Source: a virus (Duplodnaviria > Caudoviricetes). From it: a stretch of 40,797 bases of DNA. The notes under the pieces are model-generated. The model was not told the DNA's origin. It did no database searches and saw only the letters and a list, made by a program, of their open reading frames with translations. Every line of letters begins with the position of its first letter. The stretch's first letter is position 1. Shown in pieces: positions 8,349 through 18,091 of the stretch. The stretch spans positions 1 through 40,797 of the IMG/VR virus record IMGVR_UViG_3300044723_002808; one strand, written 5' to 3'. The position numbers and the translations under genes are program-made.

Positions 8349-8394
8349 CGAATCACTCATACTATTATAATAGCAGGACCGTCAAAAAAGTCAA
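8349..8394 (-). promoter_or_regulatory. Sigma70-type early promoter with downstream TGATTCG motif
   Basis: TTGACT(8394-8389)-N16-TATTAT(8372-8367); TGATTCG at 8355-8349. Confidence 0.8.
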
Positions 8395-8399
8395 GAACT

Positions 8400-9092
8400 T
8401 TATTTCCAATTATCTATAACCCACTGTTCTTCTGATTGATGTGGTTTAGGAAAACCGTGAAATACTGCTACTTTACTGTCTGATTTTTGCTCAAATGTCC
8501 ATAAATTTTTACCAAATCTAGGGTTTTCTCTATCAAACCACTTATAAGAGTTAGACCAATCATCTGGAAATGTTCTAACATTGTTCTTATGAAAGTCTTT
8601 GTTCTGTCTTAATAACTCTGTAATAGCATTTTGATCACCTTGTAGACGATACCAGTGTTGTCTTTGCTTGATAAATTCATCCCAAAGTATTGGTTTCATA
8701 GTTTCACTATGCCACTTCATAATACTCGAATTGTACCATATCATTCTACCATTGAAATCTGATGTAATGCTAAATGTTGTATCTGATGAGAAAGTAGCAA
8801 AACAGTCTATATTTTTAAGAATAACGACATCTAAATCCATATAAAGATTGACACCTGATAAACCGTTATCTGGGTGAAATAACTGCATTTTGTTCCACCA
8901 CCCTTGCATATCGTGTAGAGGAAACTGTTGCACAATTACATCACCTTGTATGATGTTCTGCATTCTTACATTATCAGTAAAGACATAAAACTTATGTTCT
9001 ATAGTCAGGTGTCTTTTGACCATATTGTATAAGTTTTGTACATAATCTGTGCTATATTTTGTACCATATAACACACAACAAAAATTAATCAT
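8400..9092 (-). CDS. GT-A fold glycosyltransferase (GT8-like)
   Basis: GWWNK..LF, YMDLDVVI (DxD), NSS, GDQ, FHG.PKP. Confidence 0.85.
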   Translation of the reverse strand: MINFCCVLYGTKYSTDYVQNLYNMVKRHLTIEHKFYVFTDNVRMQNIIQGDVIVQQFPLHDMQGWWNKMQLFHPDNGLSGVNLYMDLDVVILKNIDCFATFSSDTTFSITSDFNGRMIWYNSSIMKWHSETMKPILWDEFIKQRQHWYRLQGDQNAITELLRQNKDFHKNNVRTFPDDWSNSYKWFDRENPRFGKNLWTFEQKSDSKVAVFHGFPKPHQSEEQWVIDNWK

Positions 9093-9255
9093 TTAAATCT
9101 TTTTTCACTCTTTCTAATTGATCTATTATTAAATTTGCTTTTAAGATAATATTTTCTTTTTCATCTTTCTTGTATTTTTCATAGAAGTTTAGCAACTCAC
9201 TTGTCATATTTTTAGCAACTGTTATTTGATATTCAGTTTTATCATAATTACTCAT
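9085..9255 (-). CDS. Small hypothetical protein (56 aa, MSNYDKTE...)
   Basis: Manual translation; fills the gap, overlapping both neighbours. Confidence 0.55.
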   Translation of the reverse strand: MSNYDKTEYQITVAKNMTSELLNFYEKYKKDEKENIILKANLIIDQLERVKKDLND

Positions 9256-10069
9256 TTACAACACCTTGTTCTTTTAATATTTTGTATGCGGTACCATTTT
9301 CTATCTCATCCATAGTAAATTGTTGCTCGGTAATAAATTTTAACCACTCTAAAACCGTTTTCTTACCAGGTTTAAATGGTTTCTCTACATACTTTGGATC
9401 TCTTGATGCAACTGCCCACGCAACATTTCTACCATCTGTAATCACAGGAACTCTATTTAATATAGCATCTACTGATGCAATGCTCATATTAGTAACTAAA
9501 CAATGACAATCTTTTAGTTGATCTCTAATGTTTGTTCCCCACCATTCATTACCAGGTCTTGGTTTATTACGAACTATCAACTCTCTATCTGTATGTTTTT
9601 CTAATTCTAGTTTCACTTCAAATACCCAATCTTCTTGTGTCATATTATTTAATTGTCTTGTTACAGTGGGTGATGATGGACATATTAAAACGTGTTTAGT
9701 ATCACCTGTATACCAACCTTTAAATTCAGCATCTAAACCCTCTCTTTGTAATCTTTTTAGTCTGGCACCATCACCAACTTTACCTCTTATTGTATGTAAT
9801 CCACCCTTAACAATTCTAAAGTAAGTTGTATCTGGTTTTGTGATCTCTGGTGTAGGGTATCTAGTTATATCATCTGTAATATAACCAATATCAATATAAT
9901 ACCATTCTTCTTTTTTCTCTTCACATTCTGCAATTTCTTTAATATTTTTACCTGCTAATCCCCAAAAGAAATGCACAGGTCTATCTGTATCTTTCCAACC
10001 TTTTTCTATAAGTGGAAATAACTTATGTGATAAACATTTATCCCAAGCAAGTTTATGTGTTATAATCAT
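9248..10069 (-). CDS. Capsule-biosynthesis-like (KpsC/KpsS-like, GT-B) protein
   Basis: YYID.GY, R.KPRP, CLVT..S.A..DAI...VPV motifs; paralogous to 16189 and 17105 ORFs. Confidence 0.65.
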   Translation of the reverse strand: MIITHKLAWDKCLSHKLFPLIEKGWKDTDRPVHFFWGLAGKNIKEIAECEEKKEEWYYIDIGYITDDITRYPTPEITKPDTTYFRIVKGGLHTIRGKVGDGARLKRLQREGLDAEFKGWYTGDTKHVLICPSSPTVTRQLNNMTQEDWVFEVKLELEKHTDRELIVRNKPRPGNEWWGTNIRDQLKDCHCLVTNMSIASVDAILNRVPVITDGRNVAWAVASRDPKYVEKPFKPGKKTVLEWLKFITEQQFTMDEIENGTAYKILKEQGVVNE

Positions 10070-10706
10070 ATAATACCTCTGCTCCTACTTTCAACACTTG
10101 ACTGTATCCTATATTTTTCATAAATCTGGTAAATTCTTCTTTACTGTTTCTCATATTCTTTGATTTCATTTCTAGATGAACAAATGGTCTGCATCTATTT
10201 AAAGTATCAACTGCACCTTTTAGAAAGTTATATTCGAAACCCTCTACATCAACTTTAATATAATCAATATGCTCAAAGTTAAAACTATCTAATGTTCTTA
10301 TCTCAGTATCACCATTTTTTGTAGGGTGTATGTTTGTATTACCAGAGTTATCAGTTTCTACATTTAAATGACCTTTTCTATTTTTATCACCTAATGCAAA
10401 TGGATATATTGAATAGTTATCAAAACCACCCATATTTAAAACATAGCATTCTCTGACTAATTGATTAGGTTCAAATGCCCAAATATATTTTGTATTTGCT
10501 CTATGCATCATAGGTCTTGACCACAAACCAACGTGGGCACCTACATCTAAAATATATTCTATAGGTCTACGTTCTTCCATATATTCAAAGAGAGCATCTC
10601 TTTGTTTCTTCTGATACTCTCCGTCTAATATCCATCTTTCGAAATGTGTATCACTCGAAGGGAATAGATAATTGCCTATCTTCTTGTTCATCATTTTTAT
10701 CCTCAT
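10053..10706 (-). CDS. FkbM-family SAM methyltransferase
   Basis: LDVGAHVG, AFEPN, TLDSF, IKVDVEGFE. Confidence 0.92.
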   Translation of the reverse strand: MRIKMMNKKIGNYLFPSSDTHFERWILDGEYQKKQRDALFEYMEERRPIEYILDVGAHVGLWSRPMMHRANTKYIWAFEPNQLVRECYVLNMGGFDNYSIYPFALGDKNRKGHLNVETDNSGNTNIHPTKNGDTEIRTLDSFNFEHIDYIKVDVEGFEYNFLKGAVDTLNRCRPFVHLEMKSKNMRNSKEEFTRFMKNIGYSQVLKVGAEVLYDYNT

Positions 10707-10920
10707 TCAATAGTTCACCATCAAGATTTTCATTTACTCTCTCATCAATCCAAGGTGCATCTGGATTATATGCAGGTATCATTTTAGCAGTGCCATAATC
10801 TTCTGGTTTTTTATCGTGTATAATTCTTATTGTTTCACCAGTAAAATCATTGAATTCTCTTTCTCTTACTTCACCTGTATCAGGATTTCTTTCATAAATT
10901 TTTTTCTTTTTTTCGTTCAT
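10651..10920 (-). CDS. Hypothetical protein (MNEKKKKIYERNPDTG...)
   Basis: Start re-called at 10920 with AAAGGAG SD. Confidence 0.65.
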   Translation of the reverse strand: MNEKKKKIYERNPDTGEVREREFNDFTGETIRIIHDKKPEDYGTAKMIPAYNPDAPWIDERVNENLDGELLNEDKNDEQEDRQLSIPFE

Positions 10921-11707
10921 AGTTTCTCCTTTCCTTTTCGTATGATGTGAAAAAATATGCTTTTCTTTTACCTTTAAAATCGTAGAAGTAAGTATTATCT
11001 TCAAACCCTCTTCTATGGTGTGGCCATATATCAAAACTACCGCATTCGTTACCACCATATTCGATTAATTTTATTTTACAACCTCTAACAATGTATGAAC
11101 CTAATTTGTAATCAAATTTTTGAGGTGGGTCACGAACAGGTAATAGATGTAATTCTTCTCTTAAAATATTATCATATGTTCTTTGGTCACCATACCAGTC
11201 CCAATGTGGGTCTTTGTTCTTCTGTATAAATCTTTCATAACGATAATCAAAAAATCTCTTAACATTATCTGTAACTTTCTTTACAACTATCATAGCATTG
11301 TTAACTCGTGTACCTTTTCTTATAGGTATCTTAATATCAAAGTCTTGATTTAAAAACAACTTATCTAAGTTTCTATTGATAAGATGGTCTGTTCCACACA
11401 TAATTATATTCTCATCATACCCATTGTCATCACATATAAATTTCGTTTCATTGTAAACTTTAGATTGTATGATAGTTTTTTCATCAGTGTCTTGTCTATA
11501 ATAATGACCCTCATAACCTGATGGATTTGTGTGATTATCTGTGGACAATATTAATTTACCATCTGGATTGTATCTGTAAAATGATTCACTTAAACAATTT
11601 AAAAATCTATGATAATCGTATCTCTTCTTTTTGACAAAATCAATTACCTCTGGTGCCTCTTTTATTTTAAATGATGCGTTCTTATAAAACGGAACTAGAT
11701 AAACCAT
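10892..11707 (-). CDS. Putative glycosyltransferase (GT-A-like)
   Basis: GTDHLI, VNNA, WYGDQ, FKG..K motifs; start re-called at MVYLVP. Confidence 0.6.
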   Translation of the reverse strand: MVYLVPFYKNASFKIKEAPEVIDFVKKKRYDYHRFLNCLSESFYRYNPDGKLILSTDNHTNPSGYEGHYYRQDTDEKTIIQSKVYNETKFICDDNGYDENIIMCGTDHLINRNLDKLFLNQDFDIKIPIRKGTRVNNAMIVVKKVTDNVKRFFDYRYERFIQKNKDPHWDWYGDQRTYDNILREELHLLPVRDPPQKFDYKLGSYIVRGCKIKLIEYGGNECGSFDIWPHHRRGFEDNTYFYDFKGKRKAYFFTSYEKERRNYERKKEKNL

Positions 11708-12776
11708 TACCACTCCAATGTTTTTGTAAAATATCAACAACTTCTTCTTTATTTAGACCTGGATATATAGGCACACTTACTTGTGAGTTAGATATCTGAT
11801 CTGTAATTGGTAAATTAAAATCTGTAAATTCTTCAGCACTACAGTATGTGCAAGTTTTAGATGTGAAGTGAAATGCTGGATTATGATGTACAGGTTTATC
11901 ATAATGTTTTTTAAGTTGTAATTCATCACCACATCTTCTAATTAAGTTGTTTCTATCTCTATGTAATATTGGATAAATATGATAACTATGTTCTACACCT
12001 GGGTTTACATAACAATAATCTAAATGTTTGTTATAGTATTCTGCAATTTCTCTTTTTGCTCTTAACACCTCTGGATAATATTTTAATTTTAAACTTAAAA
12101 ATTTAGCATTTATATTTGCCATTCTAAAATTAAAACCAACATCATTTTCTTTCCAACTTCTTTGTTCCTTTAGTTCTTTTGCTAACCCCTCATCATCAGT
12201 TATAATACAACCAGCATCACCAAAAGCACCAATACCCTTTCCCGGGTAAAAACTAAATGTACCTGCTTTACCAAAAGTACCAACGTGCTGACCATTTATT
12301 CTTGTACCGTGTGCTTGTGAGCAGTCTTCTATGACAGTTGTATTAGCAGATTTTTTATTTAATATACTTGGCATATCACAAGCATTACCATACATATGAA
12401 CAGGTAATATTACTTTTGTGTTATAGTCAACATTTAATAAATCAGGATTCATACAATATGTCTTTTCATCTATGTCTACAAATTCGTGTGTAGCACCTAA
12501 ATGTTTTATGCTTGTAACTGTAGCAGTAAATGTATGTGAAACTGTAGTAACTTTATCACCTGGTCGAACACCACAGGCAAATTGAGCAAGTATTAATGCT
12601 GATGTACCACTGTTAACACCAACACAATACTTTGCACCTGTAAACTCTGCAAAATCTTCTTCAAATTTGTCTGTTCCAAAAACAAAATCACCTCTGCGAA
12701 GTAACTCTTCAACTTCTCTCATAAACTCTTCTTTTAGAGGTTTATGAATTTCATTCATATCATAATATGGTATCAT
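11682..12776 (-). CDS. DegT/DnrJ/EryC1/StrS PLP sugar aminotransferase
   Basis: NSGTSAL, PVHMYG, EDCSQAHG, SFYPGK.IGAFGDAG. Confidence 0.95.
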   Translation of the reverse strand: MIPYYDMNEIHKPLKEEFMREVEELLRRGDFVFGTDKFEEDFAEFTGAKYCVGVNSGTSALILAQFACGVRPGDKVTTVSHTFTATVTSIKHLGATHEFVDIDEKTYCMNPDLLNVDYNTKVILPVHMYGNACDMPSILNKKSANTTVIEDCSQAHGTRINGQHVGTFGKAGTFSFYPGKGIGAFGDAGCIITDDEGLAKELKEQRSWKENDVGFNFRMANINAKFLSLKLKYYPEVLRAKREIAEYYNKHLDYCYVNPGVEHSYHIYPILHRDRNNLIRRCGDELQLKKHYDKPVHHNPAFHFTSKTCTYCSAEEFTDFNLPITDQISNSQVSVPIYPGLNKEEVVDILQKHWSGNGLSSSVL

Positions 12777-13710
12777 CTATCCATCTCATCAAGTCAACTG
12801 AAAAGTTTAAGTCTGACATCATAGGTCTACATTCGTTATCAATAGCACTTAAAAAGTTTTCTCTACCATTTGCAAGTGCCTCTGTTGTATCTATTTTAGG
12901 ACTAATCATATCACCCAATTGATTGATATTATAGTCTTCACCTATATCTCCAGTGTCATAAACTTTTATTTTGTTTACGTCAATGTCATCATATATAACA
13001 GATTTTTTAGTACCTGTCAAGATTATTTCTCTCTTCTTTACAGGACTGACCCAATTGCAATTAATGGTTGCAGTAAACTTTTTCTTTACGATACCACTCT
13101 GCTCGAACTCTAAACACAATATTGCTTGATTTTTCATATCATTTATATGATTATGCTTTACTATTGTCTTCTTCTTTAATTTCATCATAGGATACAGATA
13201 CTTAATAATTGCTAGATCGTGAATTGCTAAATCTTTCACAACATCTACATCTTTTTGAAATAGACCTAAACTGATTCTATGACTATCATAATATAGTGGT
13301 TCGCCTATGTCTATTGATGATAATTTATGTATGGCAGGGTGAAATAAAAAGGTGTGATCTACCATCACTCTTAATCTACTGTTTATCTTATTATGGTATT
13401 CTTGTAATGCAAGTGCCTCTTTGTAAGTAGCACAGACAGGTTTCTCTATCCATATATGTTTATTATATTTTAAACACAATTTTGCAATATCTAAATGTGA
13501 TTCTGGTTTTGTTGCTATTAATACTGCTTTTATTTTTTTATTAGTTTTTAAACAATTTGTTAAACTTCTATCATAACAAACAGAATCATCATAATCATTT
13601 TTTGCTTTGTCTAAATTTTTATCGTATTTATCAATTATGCAAGTTAATTCTTTTTTAAATACTCTTGCTAAATTTTTACCCCAATATCCATACCCCACCA
13701 ATGCTATCAT
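12760..13710 (-). CDS. Gfo/Idh/MocA NAD-dependent oxidoreductase (WbpB/WlbA/GnnA-like)
   Basis: GYGYWG, EKP, DLAIHD. Confidence 0.92.
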   Translation of the reverse strand: MIALVGYGYWGKNLARVFKKELTCIIDKYDKNLDKAKNDYDDSVCYDRSLTNCLKTNKKIKAVLIATKPESHLDIAKLCLKYNKHIWIEKPVCATYKEALALQEYHNKINSRLRVMVDHTFLFHPAIHKLSSIDIGEPLYYDSHRISLGLFQKDVDVVKDLAIHDLAIIKYLYPMMKLKKKTIVKHNHINDMKNQAILCLEFEQSGIVKKKFTATINCNWVSPVKKREIILTGTKKSVIYDDIDVNKIKVYDTGDIGEDYNINQLGDMISPKIDTTEALANGRENFLSAIDNECRPMMSDLNFSVDLMRWIDDTIL

Positions 13711-14159
13711 TTGATTCTCCTTGCTGGATTACCTGCATATATACCAGGTTCTCTCAAATCTTTTGTAACAACAGAACCAGCACCTATTGTAACATCATCA
13801 CCTATAAAAACAGGTAAGATTGTAACATTAGAACCAATTCTGCATCTATGACCAATATGAGTTGGTAGATAATCTTTACTTAATTGACCATCTGCAAACT
13901 TATCATTTGTAAACATAACACCGTGTGCGATAAAGGTGTCATCATATATAGTAACATTTTCACATATAAAACTATGTGATTGTATTCTAACTCTATCACC
14001 TATGTATACATCTTTTTGTATCTCGCAAAAAGGACCTACAAAGACATCATCACCTAATCTAGCACCGTACATATTTACAGGTGCCACATAAGTAAAATTA
14101 TCTCCTATTTTATTATTAACTACCTTGCTTATCTTTGAATTCATTCGTTTCATTTCCAT
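13707..14159 (-). CDS. Hexapeptide-repeat N-acetyltransferase (WbpD/WlbB-like)
   Basis: Left-handed beta-helix repeats, FTND, GAGSVVTKD, GNPAR. Confidence 0.92.
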   Translation of the reverse strand: MEMKRMNSKISKVVNNKIGDNFTYVAPVNMYGARLGDDVFVGPFCEIQKDVYIGDRVRIQSHSFICENVTIYDDTFIAHGVMFTNDKFADGQLSKDYLPTHIGHRCRIGSNVTILPVFIGDDVTIGAGSVVTKDLREPGIYAGNPARRIK

Positions 14160-14982
14160 CTAATATTGTTGTCTTTTTTGTTCTCTGATACATTTTTTGC
14201 AAGTCTTTGTATAAAGTTTTGTCCTCTCTATCACCTGCATACTTCATTTGTAAGGGATAATTAAACTGTTGTTGTTTTATTTTAGTAGCAATACACATTA
14301 TAATAACTTCTTCAGGTTTGTTAGGATACATTTTTCTATTTTCTGGGTCAGGTATAAAGTAGTCTAAGTTATGTTCTACAAGTTCACCCACATCTCTTGT
14401 TGTTCCCTTGACACCTATCAAGTCTTTTATAACCCAACCATTCTGATGGAAAATATCTGTATAAGCAGTTGGGTTGAAGTTCCAAAATCCGTGATTAATT
14501 TTTGATGCAGGCGCCGCCATAAATATTGACCCATTTAATTTTGTCATCTGCATAATATTTTTAAATGCTTGACCTACATTAAAACAATGCTCTAATGTAC
14601 CTACGTCTAAAATTAAATCATACTTATCTTCATATGCATAAGGTAAAGGTTCATTTAAATCTAATATGCTCTCTATACCTAAATGAGAGTACACATCAAA
14701 CACTTCAATATTCATATTAAAGTAATTGAAAAAACTTTCTGCCGTATATAATTGTTTTGTACCGTCTGCCTCAAGTTTTGCTCGTAACTTTTTATGCATA
14801 CTTGTGTCTGCAAACTTTTCTCGTACTTCTAGTTTACTGGTGTCTATATCTTGATTTTTAAACATTGTTTCTGTTACAAGTAAATCAGGATAACCAAGAG
14901 TTGCAACAGTTAGTCTTTTATCACTTTGCAATTCTCTCAAAGTTCTACAAACTGTTCTAAAAAAATATCTATCTATTGACAA
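14116..14982 (-). CDS. Class I SAM methyltransferase-like protein
   Basis: LGYPD, DLNEP, YDLILDVGTLEHCFN, NHGFWNF.P. Confidence 0.7.
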   Translation of the reverse strand: MSIDRYFFRTVCRTLRELQSDKRLTVATLGYPDLLVTETMFKNQDIDTSKLEVREKFADTSMHKKLRAKLEADGTKQLYTAESFFNYFNMNIEVFDVYSHLGIESILDLNEPLPYAYEDKYDLILDVGTLEHCFNVGQAFKNIMQMTKLNGSIFMAAPASKINHGFWNFNPTAYTDIFHQNGWVIKDLIGVKGTTRDVGELVEHNLDYFIPDPENRKMYPNKPEEVIIMCIATKIKQQQFNYPLQMKYAGDREDKTLYKDLQKMYQRTKKTTILDGNETNEFKDKQGS

Positions 14983-16196
14983 ATTAATCTCTCATAAAAA
15001 TTATCTTGATTAACAATTTCATTCAGAATTAAGTTTTTACCTAGATATTTACCTATGTTATTATAGTACCATAAATTTGTTTGATTAAAAAAGTTATTTA
15101 CTTTTTCATAATTAATCTGGCATCTACCACTTATCAATACAGTACCTCTGCCCCATTTATTTTTAATTAAAAAATGTAGACACTCACTAGACATAATTAT
15201 ATCATTTTCTAATTGAGTTACTATTTCAAACTCGATATTTTTTATATCATATTTAATTACATTGCTCCAGTCAGGTACATTAATATATGTTTCTTTTTCA
15301 TTAAATAAAGACATATCATTATTATTGTGTATCTCTTCACACATTGTTAAGAAAGATGCTTTTACTTCTTCTAATGGTTGCACATTATTTTTATGTATAG
15401 GATTTATTAACCCTCTCATTGTTGTCCAATATTGTATTGCATTATCACCCATTCTCTCATTAAAGATACAATCTGGTGTTGGAAAACAACATTTAATATT
15501 TTTTGTTTCAGCAAACCTTTTTATATCACTTAAACTAGGAACGTGTTTATTCATATAAAAGTTTTCTTCGTGTGAAAAATATATGTAAGATGCAAATGGC
15601 ACCCACATTTTAGGTTTGAAAACTTTAAACTGCATACTTAATCTGTCGTTTATAATTCTTTGTGCTTTTTTTGGCAACGTAACATCATCTTTATTACCTG
15701 CCCAATTTGCATAAGTAAATTGTGAAAACAATAAGTCAACATTTGTTTCATTTAATTTTGTAAGTTCATCAATATTGTTAACTTGATAATCATTCATATT
15801 AACAATTGTTTTATCTGATGTTTTGTATATAAAGAAACTATCAAACCCATTTGACTGCACTTTTATTTTACCAAAATTTAATTTGTAAAATCTATCATTC
15901 TCACATTCTAATACATTGAACCCCATTTTTTTCACAAAATCAATTACTTTACTATCAAGTGTTTTATGAAAAATAATTGTCTTACTTTCTGGATTTGCAA
16001 TCTTCTTTAATGTAGGTATGTGAAAATGATCTGGGTGTTCGTGTGATATAAAAATATATTGATATGATAATCTGTTGATATCATAATCAAAATTCTTTAA
16101 TAAATTCCAACCATTTAAAAATATACTACCATCAAACCACGGATCAACTAATATATCATCAACTAAAAAACTTGCGTGATTTAAAAATCTAAACAT
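14973..16196 (-). CDS. Metallo-beta-lactamase-fold protein (CMP-Neu5Ac hydroxylase-like, no Rieske domain)
   Basis: NHAS, DPW..GS.F..GW, SHEHPDH, PFASY.YF.HEEN..MN. Confidence 0.75.
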   Translation of the reverse strand: MFRFLNHASFLVDDILVDPWFDGSIFLNGWNLLKNFDYDINRLSYQYIFISHEHPDHFHIPTLKKIANPESKTIIFHKTLDSKVIDFVKKMGFNVLECENDRFYKLNFGKIKVQSNGFDSFFIYKTSDKTIVNMNDYQVNNIDELTKLNETNVDLLFSQFTYANWAGNKDDVTLPKKAQRIINDRLSMQFKVFKPKMWVPFASYIYFSHEENFYMNKHVPSLSDIKRFAETKNIKCCFPTPDCIFNERMGDNAIQYWTTMRGLINPIHKNNVQPLEEVKASFLTMCEEIHNNNDMSLFNEKETYINVPDWSNVIKYDIKNIEFEIVTQLENDIIMSSECLHFLIKNKWGRGTVLISGRCQINYEKVNNFFNQTNLWYYNNIGKYLGKNLILNEIVNQDNFYERLICQ

Positions 16197-17115
16197 TAAA
16201 ATCCTCTGATATTTTAAATTTTACAGGTTTTACATCACCTTGTAATGCCTCTATAACTTTGTGTGTGTGTTCTGCTCTCATTTCTTCACCTGTAAATTGA
16301 CACCATTTTAAATATTCTAAATGATCAAATACATCTACTATATCAGGATAGTAGGGATTGTCAATGTTCTTTAGGTCTTGTTCACTTAAATAAGAACCTG
16401 CATTAGGACCTAACACAACTGCTGGTACACCCATACTAATTGCCTCTATAGATGCTATACTATTAAAAGTAACAATACAATGATACTTACCTTTTCGTAG
16501 TTGATCTTGTAAAGAAAAGTCAACTCTTTCTGATCTTGATAACTTCTTTCTAATTTCTACAGTTCTATTAGATATTTCTTTAATTTTTTTAACTAATTTT
16601 TTAGTATAGATAGGAGCATTTCCACCAAAATGATTGAAAACTTTTTGACTTGGTGGCACAACTAATATCTTTTTCTTTTCGTGTGGTTCTCTTACTTTTA
16701 AATTCCATCTAACTAACGGTCTTTTCGTTACCCAAACTTTATCAGCAACTCTTGATTGACCGTCATATTTAGCATATATTCTTTCTTTAACTTCGTGTGG
16801 TTTTAAATGATTTAAAGTTTGTAAATTATTGTATGCTATTCTGTGATATATTTTTGTAATAGCATTACCCATATAACCAGTATCAATGTATAAGTAATCA
16901 ACATTATTGTTGATACATTCCCATATCATAGGAGATTTACCAAGACCTCTAAAGACACAAGGTGTTTTATCTTCTATATCAAAATCATCTTCATTTATAT
17001 ATTCACCACCACAACCCTCTGATAAACTTACTATGTAAGGGTCTTTTGCATTCTTACCTTTCTTTTCTCTTTCAACTGCTTTCTCTTTTGACCAATCAAC
17101 ACATCTATATGACAT
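16189..17115 (-). CDS. Capsule-biosynthesis-like (KpsC/KpsS-like) protein
   Basis: YIDTGY, ILVVPPS, CIVTFNSIASIEAI..GVP, QFT..EM. Confidence 0.65.
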   Translation of the reverse strand: MSYRCVDWSKEKAVEREKKGKNAKDPYIVSLSEGCGGEYINEDDFDIEDKTPCVFRGLGKSPMIWECINNNVDYLYIDTGYMGNAITKIYHRIAYNNLQTLNHLKPHEVKERIYAKYDGQSRVADKVWVTKRPLVRWNLKVREPHEKKKILVVPPSQKVFNHFGGNAPIYTKKLVKKIKEISNRTVEIRKKLSRSERVDFSLQDQLRKGKYHCIVTFNSIASIEAISMGVPAVVLGPNAGSYLSEQDLKNIDNPYYPDIVDVFDHLEYLKWCQFTGEEMRAEHTHKVIEALQGDVKPVKFKISEDFNV

Positions 17116-18091
17116 CTTTTATCCTTTCCCAATATTCTCCGTCTTTTAACTCTGGTAATCTCCAGTGTGAATATCCTAAATTGTTTAGAAATTGTTGTCT
17201 ATCAATACTTATATTTGGTTTTTCTATGTCAGATAATTCACCTGCATTCATAGGTAGATAATAACAATGTTTATTGCAAATGAATAATGGTTTACCCTCA
17301 ATGATAGCAGGACCTCCAGCAGTTGAAGTAAATATCACAACTGCATATGATTTTTTAATTTCATTTACTAAACCAGGATACTCCCCTAAAGGAGAATGTA
17401 GTGATACATTTTTTTGTCTTTCACAAAACTCTTTTAGTCTATTGAAATCTGGTTTGTGTTCAGCATAAGATATTGATGAATGTTGTCTGATTTTTATGGG
17501 TCTATCTGTGTGTTTTCTTAACTCTTCTACAGTATCAATTGCCCATTGTGCGGCGTTGACACCAAGACCAGAGTAACCACTAGAACCTCTGTTACAACAA
17601 ATGTATATAAAATCACCGTTATTTAAATTATAGTCTTTTACATCCATTCTTTTTATCTTTACCATTCTATTCCATCTGTCTTGAGGACAGTTGTCATTAA
17701 AATACTTTGCTTTACCAGGATAAATGTCACCGTATGCTACTCTGACATAAGAATTTTTGATATCATAATGATAGTTATGATTTAAATGTGCATCAATACC
17801 ATTTAATACATCATTATCAAACATCCATATTCTACCACTCTCTTTGTATTTTTCCCATACGTTAAATCTCAACTGTAATCTTTCTTTTAATGGTTGTTGA
17901 CCTGGTACCCATCTTTGATAATTAAAAATTAATGCGTGTGAAAATTCATCAGAAACTTCAAACCCTTCAGGACCTTTAAAATGTCTGACACGAATACCAC
18001 TATCTTCAATCGGTTTAGCAAATGCCTGCATCAACTCCATTTTAAAACCATACTTGACTGTTGTATTATAATATACTGCTAAAGATTTCAT
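17105..18091 (-). CDS. Capsule-biosynthesis-like (KpsC/KpsS-like) protein
   Basis: HTDRPI.IR.H, VV.FTST.G..AIIEGKP, W...EL..G..W. Confidence 0.65.
   Translation of the reverse strand: MKSLAVYYNTTVKYGFKMELMQAFAKPIEDSGIRVRHFKGPEGFEVSDEFSHALIFNYQRWVPGQQPLKERLQLRFNVWEKYKESGRIWMFDNDVLNGIDAHLNHNYHYDIKNSYVRVAYGDIYPGKAKYFNDNCPQDRWNRMVKIKRMDVKDYNLNNGDFIYICCNRGSSGYSGLGVNAAQWAIDTVEELRKHTDRPIKIRQHSSISYAEHKPDFNRLKEFCERQKNVSLHSPLGEYPGLVNEIKKSYAVVIFTSTAGGPAIIEGKPLFICNKHCYYLPMNAGELSDIEKPNISIDRQQFLNNLGYSHWRLPELKDGEYWERIKDVI

Noticed and set aside
14973-16196. MBL-fold protein as PqqB partner of pqqA
   Set aside because: Lacks the PqqB N-terminal LGS.AGGG.PQWNC motif, lies 17 kb away inside the glycan island
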